A stretch of DNA of 64,000 nucleotides from Paraspadella gotoi. Taxonomy: Eukaryota; Animalia; Chaetognatha. Below are positions 13,439 to 24,195 of this stretch, piece by piece. Both the position numbers and the translations under genes were made by a program. How positions within the stretch are numbered: position 1 is the stretch's first letter; each line of letters begins with the position of its first letter. The notes beneath the pieces are model-generated. The model searched no databases. It saw only the letters and a list, made by a program, of their open reading frames with translations, and was not told where the DNA came from. The stretch lies in assembly GCA_051294375.1 (NCBI GenBank), contig CM119264.1, forward strand, positions 1,409,923 to 1,473,922. The letters run 5' to 3'.

Positions 13439-13991
13439 ATCTCCCTCTCTCGTAGTTTAATCTTTCGTCGGCCAGAGATTCACGCAGGAATTGATGTTAG
13501 AGTGTACCTTATGCCGTCTCACGTGAGCCCGCTTTTCAGTCTCTCTCCGTCGTAATTCGGTGTTAACAGAAAAGAGGAAAAACGAATCCCGTTGGAAAAT
13601 GAGGCGACGGAACGAATGAAGAACGAAATCAGGCGTAATAACGACCGAGCGACGACGACGACGAAATGATTTCGTCATCATTTTCTATTTCACCATCGAT
13701 TTTCAATACAAAGTTTTATTTCTCTTCGATAGTACGATAGTCTATCCGAATCTGTACAAAGAATGCGCTTTTGTAATGATATCTCGTAAAGATATGTCTT
13801 ATTTTGATAGATTCAATCAGTAATATGCAAGGGTTAGTATTCTAATAAACATTGATACTACATAAATTTATTTTTTTAACCGTTTTAAAATCCACAGCCA
13901 ATCCACTCGAAATTAAACATTTTTAGTCTCCTATGAAATTAGTAAAAGCAAAAAAAAGTATTCATTCATTAAATAAATATGCTATATGATC

Positions 13992-14110
13992 CCCGAAGTT
14001 AGTTGACAGGCTGAGCTTGATTGAGGCTTCCGTCACCCTTGTAAGATAATAACATAGCAGATCCCTGCATGCTTTCACTCAAGACTCTCGGGTAGTCTAG
14101 TTTATTAACT
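13992..14110 (-). mobile_element. Short interspersed repeat, family A
   Basis: Reverse complement aligns with 52526-52633 and 35999-36188 (ATAAACTAGAC..GAGAGTCTTGA.TGAAAGC.TGCAG..CTGCTATGT). Confidence 0.7.
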
Positions 14111-14338
14111 GGCAGAATTAATACGTAGTGTCCAAATATTGTGATCAAACTGTGAGAAACTCTGAAAAAAGTTAAACATTGAATTCAACTCAATTCATTT
14201 AAATATTTTCATTTCAATTAATTTCTTTTTCATTTCTTCATTCCCATTTTCTTATTGGAAGCAGCGTGCCTTCCCTATTCTCGCACGAATGCAATTTCAT
14301 TTAGAGTGGCAATTGCCATAGTCTTTTGTGTGAGTCGA

Positions 14339-14388
<50 letters not shown>

Positions 14389-14610
14389 TGAGAGTCTTCA
14401 GGGGCTTAGAAAAAGGAAATACGGACATAATTTATTTAATTGTTTATTGTTATTCTTTTGACGTGTTAATGATTTTTTTTTTACGTTTTTCTAATTACTA
14501 TTTTTACTCTAAGTTTTAATATTCGTTCCTCTCTCTCTCGCGTCACCTTTTGCCTCTTCTTTTCGACAAATTAACAATAAATTAATTATTATTAATATTT
14601 TAGTTTCGGT

Positions 14611-14682
14611 TTTCCCGGCAGGGAATCGAACCCGGGTTTCTCGCGTGACAGGCGAGGATACTCACCACTATACCACCGAGGA
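14611..14682 (-). tRNA. trnD-GTC: tRNA-Asp (GTC), variant or possible pseudogene
   Basis: TCCTCGGTGGTATAGTGGTGAGTATCCTCGCCTGTCACGCGAGAAACCCGGGTTCGATTCCCTGCCGGGAAA forms a cloverleaf with anticodon stem CTCGC/GCGAG, loop CTGTCAC and T-loop TTCGATT. One mismatch each in the acceptor and T stems. Confidence 0.9.
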
Positions 14683-16060
14683 TGACCTATTAATGAAAAA
14701 ATAAAACAAAGGAACAAAACTTTCTGAGCTACTTTCTGAGCCACAAATTTTAAATGAGTTTAAGATCGCGTCGTAAAATGTAGGAATTATAACTATAAAT
14801 TATAACTATAAATTATAACTGAAAATTAGTACCCATGTATAAAATATATTTAAAAAAAATTATCTTTGGCAACCATGAACTTCTCCAAGTGTCCAGAGAA
14901 GGCGGCGCATGCTTGTGCATGCATGTGTGTAAGTGTTGTAAAGTGTTGTAAAGTTGTTGTTGTAGCAAACTCCTATAGTTAGTTTACAAAGCAATTGGTA
15001 AAAAAAGGTTTTCAGTTATTTCTTTGAAAACAATTATTAAATTATATATTTTTAAGTATTTATCAAATATTTTTATATTATTGATTTAATAATAGTTTTA
15101 TAATGCAGTATTCATTCTTTTTAAAATTATTTTAAAAAATAAGCTAAAAATTAAAAAAGTGAAAAACTATGACTCATTTAAATTGAATGTTTTGCATAGA
15201 AAAATTAATAAATTTCGAAATATAATATCATAAAGGGTAACATGACAACGTCATCTCAGAAATAAAATTTTTTTAAAAAAAGTTCCGCACGATATGTAAG
15301 TTAACAGACAGTGCCATTGGGACACACTGTAAGAACAGAATATCCAGTCCCTCGTTTTATTAGACACTTACCTTATCTGCTCACTCGCTCAAACCGCCAG
15401 CCTTCGATATCAACTCTTTCTTCTTCAACCCGCGAGTCTTAAATTCTGTGTGACCCTTTTTGTGTGGGATCACGCACAGATCCTCAATTCTGTGTGACTC
15501 TTTCTTTCATTTTATACAGATTTTGTTTTCTGCTCTCAAAATAATTGATCTCAATTGAACTTCGACTAATTGAAAAAAATGCGACGAAGCTGAATTCAGC
15601 AGACGAGCTAAAATTTAGACTGTAAAACCTCTTAAAATCAACTAAGAAAAAAAGTTCTTTACGTAAATAAATCAGCATTTAAGAAATATATGAATAAATT
15701 TCGCTTTTTGAAAAAGGAATTTGTCGGCGTTTTTGTCGGCGGATTCTTCAGTGTCAGTTGATTCAGTGACAGTTGATGTTATTTTTAGTGAGTCCGTCAT
15801 TGGGTCACTGTCTATCATCGTCATTGTCACTGTCATGGTCTATCGTCGTTTCAGTAAAATGTGGAGGAAACTCAGGTAAATGTTTAATGCCCATTGATGG
15901 ATATATAAATCTCGTAATAAACATTTTAATCTTATTCCTAATCTTAATCTTAGTAATTAACCAAACTAATAACTAATAATAACTAATAACTATTCTCTGT
16001 AATTTTTAACGTTTGTTTTAGCAACACTGTTGCTTAACAAACCTTCAAAATTACAGATAT

Positions 16061-16255
16061 TATGGTGGACTAAAATCCACCAACCGTTCCTCATCGGCCA
16101 TTGGTGCCGGAGGCAAGTCATTCGCCTCCCAACCCAAAGTTCCGGGGTTCTAGCCCAGTGATCGCCTGGCAGTTAAGAGGGACGGGGCGCTTAACCCGCC
16201 TGTAACACGTTGTTACAGTCTGATCCAAAGCTCAGTGACTGTCACTAACACATAA
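16061..16255 (+). mobile_element. tRNA-derived SINE-like element
   Basis: A-box-like TGGTGCCGGAGG and B-box-like GGTTCTAGCCC at tRNA-like spacing, followed by a non-tRNA body. The first ~47 bp are repeated at 17350-17397. Confidence 0.5.
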
Positions 16256-16778
16256 CAATTATCACTGTCTCTTCAATATGTTTCTTTGGATTTTAATTGA
16301 AAAATTGACAATAACACATATATTTTAAAGCCGATTCCTTGTCACCTAATGACCAATACTTTCTAACCTTTATTATTGTTGTTATTATTATTATTAGTCT
16401 CTAACTTAACATTACTACAGCCAACTGGGGTTCAGGGAGGGTTTAGGGCAAGTTAGTTAATAGTTATAATTTTTTTAGACAATATATTTTTGTTATTTTA
16501 TTATTTAAAAAAAAAGCTGCAAGCAAAGTCCGCGAAAGTAAATTTTTTTAACTTAAAACTATTTAAACCCAGCCTAAAACCACTTACCATGATTTTTGAA
16601 TATTATCATCGAAAACATGTCTGCTTATGTAAAAATCAAAATGCGTTGTAAATAAACAAATCAAATTCTTTGTAATCTCTACCAACTTACAATACTTTAA
16701 ACAGTCAACACTCAACAATAACTTTTTCACAACAAAATCTAAACTATTTTTTTTTTTATTTTTTTTTTTACGCAGACG

Positions 16779-19700
16779 ATGAGATTTTTGGTTCCCCAAA
16801 TTCAATTCGTTCGTTGCACTCGCGTCGCGTCGTCGTCTAATCCACTTTTCTTTTTCCCCTCCTCTTCCTCTCTACTCCCACTTATTCATCGTCGTCTGTC
16901 GTCCCGTCGTCATCGCCTTGCAAAATCGTCCGAACTGATCCGTACGCCGCCGGAAGTGAAGCGTCATTTTCGTCGGCGCCACCGGCATCGTCGATTGCGG
17001 AGCCGACGATTGGGTCTACGTAGGGACGGCGGGCGGCCTCTGGTTCCGCGCGGCCGCCGACGCGCGCGCGAAAATTTTTTTTTTTTTCGGATGCAGATGT
17101 GAAGGAGATTCGATGGAGAAACGATTTTAAAGTGGATTTGGGAAAGGATGTAATTGACTTTGGTAATGGAACCCGGATGTTATCGGACAGCGTATTCGTC
17201 CGTTGTCAAGACGAAAAGGGAAGAAAGTTTAAGGTAAAGGGCAAAGTATGTAACTGTAGAATGAAAAGATAGTTCAGTTCTTATGCTCGGTTCAAATAAT
17301 CGAAAGAATTTCCAAATAAACTTGTTTGCTTCGTTATTGAAATTGGTACTATGGTGGACCAAAATCCACCAACCCTTTCATCAGCGGCCATTGGTGCAAG
17401 TTGATTTAGATTCATTCGAATTTCGTTTAATCTAATTTAATTTACATTTTAATTAATTTAATTTAATTTACATTTTAATTAATATCAGTCGATCTTCGCC
17501 TCGATTTCTCCAAATCCCGATAAATTATCTCTTCTTCGTCAAAGACTTTCTTCTCCCTCCTCGCTCCTTCTTCCCCGCCCCCACGGCCCTTCCGACCCGA
17601 GCCGTTCGGGCTCCGATCAGCCCGTCGGGATCGACTCGGCCTCACCCATCCCTTCCTCGCCTTCTCTTTCCCCTAACATCATCATCCTTGGCACGACTGC
17701 CGCTTTCCAGCGCCGCTGGCAAAGATACTTACCCAAGACTGTGGATTTCTTTCCTGCGGCGGTCTGAAGGGGGTCAGGTTGGACGGATACAACACCGTTG
17801 GGGACGGGAAACTCCGCAGGCGCTGCTGCCGATGTTGACGGGTGAGTTGAGTGGGTTTCGAATGGGTGAGGGAGATTCTCGGGATAAATGCTGACTGCGG
17901 CAGTGCGGCATGTATAACAAATTTTATTATAACAAAAATAATAAAGGTTGTTGTACTTAATTATCACTAACCTTGAATGCTTCTAACCAAAAGCAACCTA
18001 AACCCAAAACCTAACCCCAAAACCGAACCCCAAACTGAACCCCAAACTGAACCCCAAACCGAACCCCAAACCGAACCCCAAACCTAACCCCACACCTAAC
18101 CCCAAACAGAACCCCAAACCTAACCCCAAACCGAACCCCAAACCTAACCCAAACAGAACCCCAAACCTAACCCCTATCCTAATCCCAATCCTTACCCTAA
18201 ACCTAACCCTAAACCAAACCCCAAACGAAACCCAAACCTAACCCCAAACCTAACCCCAAACCTAACCTCAAACCTAACCCCAACCTAACCCCAATCCTAA
18301 CCTCCAAACCTAACCCTAAACCAAACCCAACCAACCCAACCAAACCCCAAACCCAAACCCCAAACCTAACCCCAAACCTAACCCCAAACCAAACCCCAAA
18401 CCTAACCCCAAACCTAACCCAAACCTAACCCCAAACCTATCCAATCCTAACCCAACCTAACCCTAAACCAAACCATAAACCAAACCCCAAACCAAACCAC
18501 CCCAAACCTAACCCCAAACCTAACCCCAAACTAACCCCAAACTTAACCCCAAACCTAACCCCAAACCTAACCCCAAACTAACCCAAAACCGAACACCAAA
18601 CCGAACCACAAAATACCCAATCCTAGAAAATGTATTTGATAAAGTAGCTTGTTTCGCTTGTAGCGCTTGTCTCATTTGCCAATGTAAAATTAAACTCAAA
18701 GTTTCTACATATACTATTTCTACCAAGAAAGACTTGCTAGATTATACTGCAAATAGTAATACTGAATAATTTTCACAAACTTCGAAGTGTATTGTCTTTT
18801 TGATATTTAACTCATTTAAGTTTTAAACTAAACGATAAAAATGAAGATTGAACTCGCTTTTGACCATATTTTCTAAAACTTGAACTTTCTAAATTCGGAT
18901 AATATTTAATTTCAACATCCAATTTGTCTTGTCACCATTTCTCAATTTCCCAGGTCTGACAGAGTACGAGCTTCCAGAGGCTCGTCGAGGTCACTACGGA
19001 GCCAAGACGGTCGACGAGCATCCCTGGATTTGGAGGAACTTCTCCTGCCAGAGGCTACATGACTTCCTTCGTGGAGGATTCTCCTGCAACTGGAGCGTTT
19101 CAATATCGAATGTTGGGATTCAAAAATCAACCCACTGATGTTTATGGGAGGAACATTATTTGGCCAGAGGTTTTAATTAAAACCATTAAAAAATTTATAT
19201 TTTTTTTCATTAGGAAGCTACGTACTACGTACTTTTTTTCAAAAAGCCCCCTGCTGTGGCTCCTGAAGCAGCCGAACTCAAAACACACGCACAAAAATTG
19301 TATCTTTTGTTATTTTCATCGTCGTTTTATGCGTCACTCCTTTTATCGTTCAAATTATCGTCGTTGTATTTGTTGATCCTGACTCTAGGTCATCGAGCCA
19401 GAAAGAAAGAGAGAGATTTGCTGCTCTACAACTCATGGGCCTTTTCAATCATTGACATTGATGCCCCCTTGCCGTATGATGGAGCAGCAAATCTCTTTCG
19501 TTCTCTCTGTCTGGATGACCTAGTCAGGATCGACAAATACGACGACGATAATTTGAGCGATAATTTGAACGAAGGATTAATTGTTTAGGGTTTCGGTTAG
19601 GGATAAGGTTAGTTTAGAGAATAGATATTAGGTATTAGGGTTGGGATTAGGGTTAGAGTTAGGGATTAGGGTTGGGATTAAAGTAAGGGATTAGGGTCAG

Positions 19701-22700
19701 TTTTCCCAACACTACTTTTGCAACAAAAAAATTCTTTCTTGCTTGGTGACTCAGCGAGAGAAAGAATTAAGCCTCCGTCAGGATTGGGATCGACAGAAAC
19801 GATAACGATAATTTGAACGATGGAGGAAGCAGTTGTGACAGTGAGAGCGACGACAAAAGGAGTGACGCATAAAACGACAATGAAATTAACAAAAGATACA
19901 ATTTTTGTGCGTGTGTTAAAGTCCGCTGCTTCAGTAGCCGCAGCAAGGGGGCTTCTTTGAAAAAAGTGCCCGTTAAAAATGTATATAATTTATATAATTT
20001 ATTGTTCATTTCTTAAGACAGAAAAAAACCTAAAATCTGCTTGCGCCGCTTTCAGGAATATGGAATAAATGACGGATTTTGTTGAGGTGCATGTCATAAA
20101 TATACAAAGAAAGGTTTTTAGTCATGTCAAGTTATGTCATATCAGGTGATCAAAGAGAAATACACGTGAAAAACGTCACTACGGCGCAACACATTGGAAT
20201 TACTGTTCTTGTTCAATGAATAAATAGCTTATCTAAATATACATAGATTTGACCAAGAGAAAACTATTATACAAAAAAACAAAAAATCATTTTGTCATTT
20301 ATTTATTCCTTTCAGCTCAATCGGATATCCTAAGAAAAATAAATGCAGTGATTCAATGTACAATTTGTTAATAGCCGTTGCATTCATTGCTTCTTCAGAA
20401 AATCGACCGGATCTGGTACAATGCAAAGTCTCATTCTGCGACGCTGGTCTTCATCGTTATAAATCTGCAATTCTCAATTTAGCCAAAGAACATTTTCGAG
20501 TTTCGCCCGAAATTCCAAAATTCGCCTTTTTATTTCAAGGTTAATGGTTAACAGTTATGGGTTAACATTTAACAGTTATAGGCTAGTATTTCCTAAAGGC
20601 TATTTTTTTTTCTCGTGATTTCGACGAAAATTCTATTTTCTTTGCAGGAGAATTTTCCCACAATGACAACAACCTTGCGTCGACGATGGACAACGACTTG
20701 TACGATTTCCTTGAGGACAGTTTCGAGGCAGGTCATCTGAACAATACAATCCTGATTCTTATGTCAGATCACGGAGCGAGATTCGCTCATCACAGGTCAG
20801 TGAATCATGCAAGTTGACTAATGAATTTTAAGGTTCTGTTGGTTGGGCTGTTTCTTGGTGAGTGAGGTAACCTTACCCCGCCTCCTCAGTGAAATTCCTT
20901 GATGGAATTAATTATCAGACATCCTCTCATTACTTTTCTTTAAAATCGTCAATTTTTTCAAACACTTCGTAAAGCATTCACATCCCTCTAAATCTTGTCA
21001 CAAACCTTTCACATTTCTCTAAATATAATCACAAATCCTTCATATCTCACTAAATCTAATTACAAATCTTTCACATTCCTGATAAGCTAATCATAAATCT
21101 TTAACACCCCTGTAAATCTAATCGCAAATCTTTCACACCCCTCCAAATTTACCCAAAAATCCGTCACAAATCACAAATCAGGCAAATCCCACTAAATCTA
21201 CTCACAAATCCTTCACATCCCTCTAAATCTTCACAAATCCGTCACATCCCACTAAATCTAATCACAACTGTTTCCAACTTTTTCAGAGACTCGGAAATTG
21301 GAAAGATCGAAGAGCGAAAGCCTTTCTTCGGATTCCGTTTTCCTCCATGGTTCATCGAGCAGCATCCCAACAAGTTGGCCAACTTTGTCCTTAACGCAGG
21401 CTCGAGTCTCGTGACGCCTTTCGACATCCACGCGACGCTGCTGCATCTCCTCGATCTGAGGGAGGATAAGTTGGAGGAGCCTCACCCTCAAGAAGGAAGG
21501 GTGAGCGAAATTTGTGTCCGTTTCTCCTTTTCTTTTTATACTTCTAAGCTAATTTTATTTTTTTATGTTTTAAGCCCAATTTGTTATGAATAAAAATTAG
21601 TTTTTTCTGTATCAAATAAGATGTTTTGAGTATCAAAGTTTGTCATGGGTCCATATTTTTTCTATTCGATTGCGACGATCCTTACGCTTTTAAAATTGTT
21701 TGTTTACTTTTTCAAACGTAATGAATTAAATGATAATACACAATGTTTATTTTTTTTTTTTTTGGAAATAAGGCTAGTTCCTGTCTCTTTATCGACTTAG
21801 TATGTAAGTTATACGAGTTATTTTAAATATATTTTTCAAACCCGCCAAATTCGGGAATATTTCCATGACATTAGGCCGCGATACTGATACTGTGATGCTG
21901 CCAAACTGAGAGATATCCCTCGGCGTTCTCCCTCCTCCAGCCAAACCGGGCTTTTTCCCTCTTCCAACCCATCATCAACCGCACATGTTTCCAAGCCGAC
22001 GTCGAACCCCATTGGTGCGCCTGTCTTCAGTGGAGTCCGCTCTCTGACGAGTCATTCCATCGCCTCGACTTTGGCCAAACGCGCCGTCGAACATCTCAAC
22101 TCCCTCACGGAGGGCGTTCGCGGGAAATGCGTGGAGTGGACGAAGCCTCGAGTGAAGTTTCGTCGCGGAATCGGAAACGCCCGTCGAGATGCGGAGATTC
22201 CTCAAGTGAAGAGGGGGGGGAAGGATTTAGATTTAAGGAGGAAGAATGATTTAGATTTTAGGGGAGGAAAGATTTTTCTGGATAAAATTCACATTTGGGA
22301 AGAGACGTGGTTTTCTGAATTTAGTATAAATTTAAGGATTTAAGGAAAGAAAAAGAAAAAAAGTACAATTAAAAGATTTTTAGGGAAAACATTTAGACTT
22401 AGGGTTAAGATTTAAAGGAGGAAAATAAATTTAAATTTATATCAAGACTTTCATCCAAAAAAATTGTTTCCAGAACAAAAGACGCCGACGGTTTTGTTCC
22501 TGACTTAAGCGACAACACGAAAAGAGTCATAGTCGTTTATCAGGTGACTGCTGCTCCTTATGCTCCTGATGCTCCTGCTGCTCCTGCTGCTGGTCTTTGT
22601 TGTTGTTGCGGTTGTCGCATTTTGTTTATTTCACCCAAAACTTATGCCTTAATTATTATTAAAAATTTAAAATAAGCCTTCTCTTTCTCCAGATCCGTCT

Positions 22701-22998
22701 TCTTGTCTCCCCCGCTGGCGGCGACGCTGCGGCTGGAACTGGTGCCGACGCTGCGGCTGGAACGGGCGGCGACGCTGCGGCTGGAACGGGCGGCGACGCT
22801 GCGGCTGAAGCTGGCGGCGACGCTGCGGCTGAAGCTGGCGGCGACGCGATCTTCGAGTTGAGTTTCGAGTCTCACAAAGGAAACATTAATGTCGCAGATC
22901 GATCGACGAGCCGATTGGACGCTTACGGGAACCAATCAGCTTGCGTTGCTGCAGAATTGCCGCATTTGCGGCAGTTTTGCTCTTGCAAAAGTCTTTAG
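16779..22998 (+). CDS. DUF229-family protein (alkaline phosphatase/sulfatase-like fold), ~10 exons, several apparent 1-bp frameshifts
   Basis: Exons at ~16779-17060, 17097-17233, 17489-17841, 18954-~19168, 20399-20539, 20648-20795, 21287-21500, 21941-22205, 22474-22543 and 22693-22998. Family motifs: PNIIILG..WQRYLPKT, GYNTVGDG-TPQALLPMLTG, PWIWRNF..GYMTSFVED, GFKNQPTDVYGR, SHND, LNNTILILMSDHGARF, GKIEERKPF, VTPFDIHATLLHLL, NRTC..ADVEPHWCAC, SRLDAYGNQSAC..LRQFCSC. Confidence 0.9.
17995..18625. repeat. Telomere-like 12-bp tandem array (CCCCAAACCTAA)n in a DUF229 intron
   Basis: About 50 units with variants CCCCAAACCGAA and CCCTAAACCAAA; the G-strand reads TTAGGTTTGGGG. Confidence 0.9.
19228..19972. 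mobile_element. MITE/foldback element with ~115-bp imperfect TIRs and an internal TTAGGG-like tract
   Basis: 19228-19345 is the reverse complement of 19855-19972; nested inverted repeat 19346-19410 vs 19510-19572; TTAGGG/TTGGGA repeats at 19585-19700. Confidence 0.8.
20015..20213 (+). mobile_element. 3' part of a Helentron/DINE-1-like non-autonomous element
   Basis: Similar to 38270-38522 (GCGCCGC.TTCAGG ... AAATACA.GTGAAAA..GTCACT.CGG.GCAACACATTGGA..CTTGTT); further related ends at ~3598-3680 and ~8623-8700 (minus). Confidence 0.6.
20648..20795 (+). CDS. DUF229 gene internal exon (SHND...SDHG motifs)
   Basis: TTTGCAG acceptor and AG|GTCAGT donor; encodes EFSHNDNNLASTMDNDLYDFLEDSFEAGHLNNTILILMSDHGARFAHH; phases are consistent with both neighbours. 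Confidence 0.92.
20990..21266. repeat. ~31-bp intronic minisatellite CACAAATCCTTCACATCCCACTAAATCTAAT
   Basis: About 9 degenerate tandem units ending just upstream of the acceptor at 21286. Confidence 0.8.
21287..21500 (+). CDS. DUF229 gene internal exon
   Basis: TTTCAG acceptor and AGG|GTGAGC donor; encodes DSEIGKIEERKPFFGFRFPPWF...VTPFDIHATLLHLLDL. Confidence 0.92.
22693..22998 (+). CDS. DUF229 gene last exon, with in-frame 24-bp repeat
   Basis: CTCCAG acceptor; encodes IRLLVSPAGG(DAAAxxGx)5DAIFEL...SRLDAYGNQSACVAAELPHLRQFCSCKSL-TAG. Confidence 0.9.
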   Translation: MRLLVSPAGGDAAAGTGADAAAGTGGDAAAGTGGDAAAEAGGDAAAEAGGDAIFELSFESHKGNINVADRSTSRLDAYGNQSACVAAELPHLRQFCSCKSL

Positions 22999-24018
22999 AC
23001 GTTTTTCCGGTTTTATTTAATAAGCTATTTATGACTCGAATGAAAAACGCGCTTGCACGTTTGGGATAAATAAAAAGTGAAGGAATAAAAAAAAAAAAAA
23101 TTAAAGAAAAATTAGATTTGAATATTTTGTTTTGTGCCAAATAAAAACTGTCGTTCTTTAAATATTTTGTTTTTATAAAAAATATACTCAGGGTTTTAGC
23201 TTTTTCTGATAAATCACTCATTCATTCATTTAATCATTCATTCATTCATTCATTTAATAATTCATTCATTCATTCACTCTTCTAGTGATAATTCTTTCTA
23301 CAAATTCAATTTTTTTATTGTCTTAATTTTTGATCACTGCTTAATTATAAATCACGAATTTATTCTTACTTTCTGCTTCTTTTTCTAGTCGGGCTACCAG
23401 TTTAGAATTGTTAACTTTTCGACTTGCATGTAAAGTACATGTCTAAATTTAAAACCGGACGCTCTCGAGAAATAGCGCCTTATTTTCCCCGTTATCGCCA
23501 CCCGATCGCCTCTCAACGTCGAGGATTCATTCTTTGAAACCAAACGACGCAAAACGACGCACTAAATTTTAATGGCGACAATGAATTCCGAGAGGAAAAA
23601 AAAGGAAAATCTTGGCTTTTGAAGATGTTGTGGTGAGATGAGGAATTGTGGTGAGAATATGAATTGTGGTGAGATGAGGAATTGTGGTCGGGTGGCCATG
23701 TGGTTATTACGGATAAGGGAAAGTATGAGACGGTAATTATCTTCTTTTATTTTTATTATTATCCATTTAATTTTTTATCTTTATTTTTACTTCAGGAGTT
23801 AATTTTTTATTGCCTTTTGTTTTAATTTTATTTTATTTATTCCACTCGTGGCTTTCAAGTTTTTACTAAGAGGCCGTATACAATAATAACAAAATTAATT
23901 TTTATTAAAATAATTTTAGAAAATAATTTTATTTTCTGAAATGGTTTTCAATGAAAAATCCCGACGCCGTCAGAGAGAGAGAGAATTAGATAAATAGACA
24001 TGATAGAAATAGAAAAAG

Positions 24019-24055
<37 letters not shown>

Positions 24056-24163
24056 AAGATAGAGAGAGAAACAAAGAAAAAGGGAGAGAGAGAGAGAGAC
24101 AGAGACAGAGAGAGCGAGACAGAGAAAAAGAAAGAGAGAGAGAAAGAGAGAAAGAGAGAGAGT

Positions 24164-24195
<32 letters not shown>

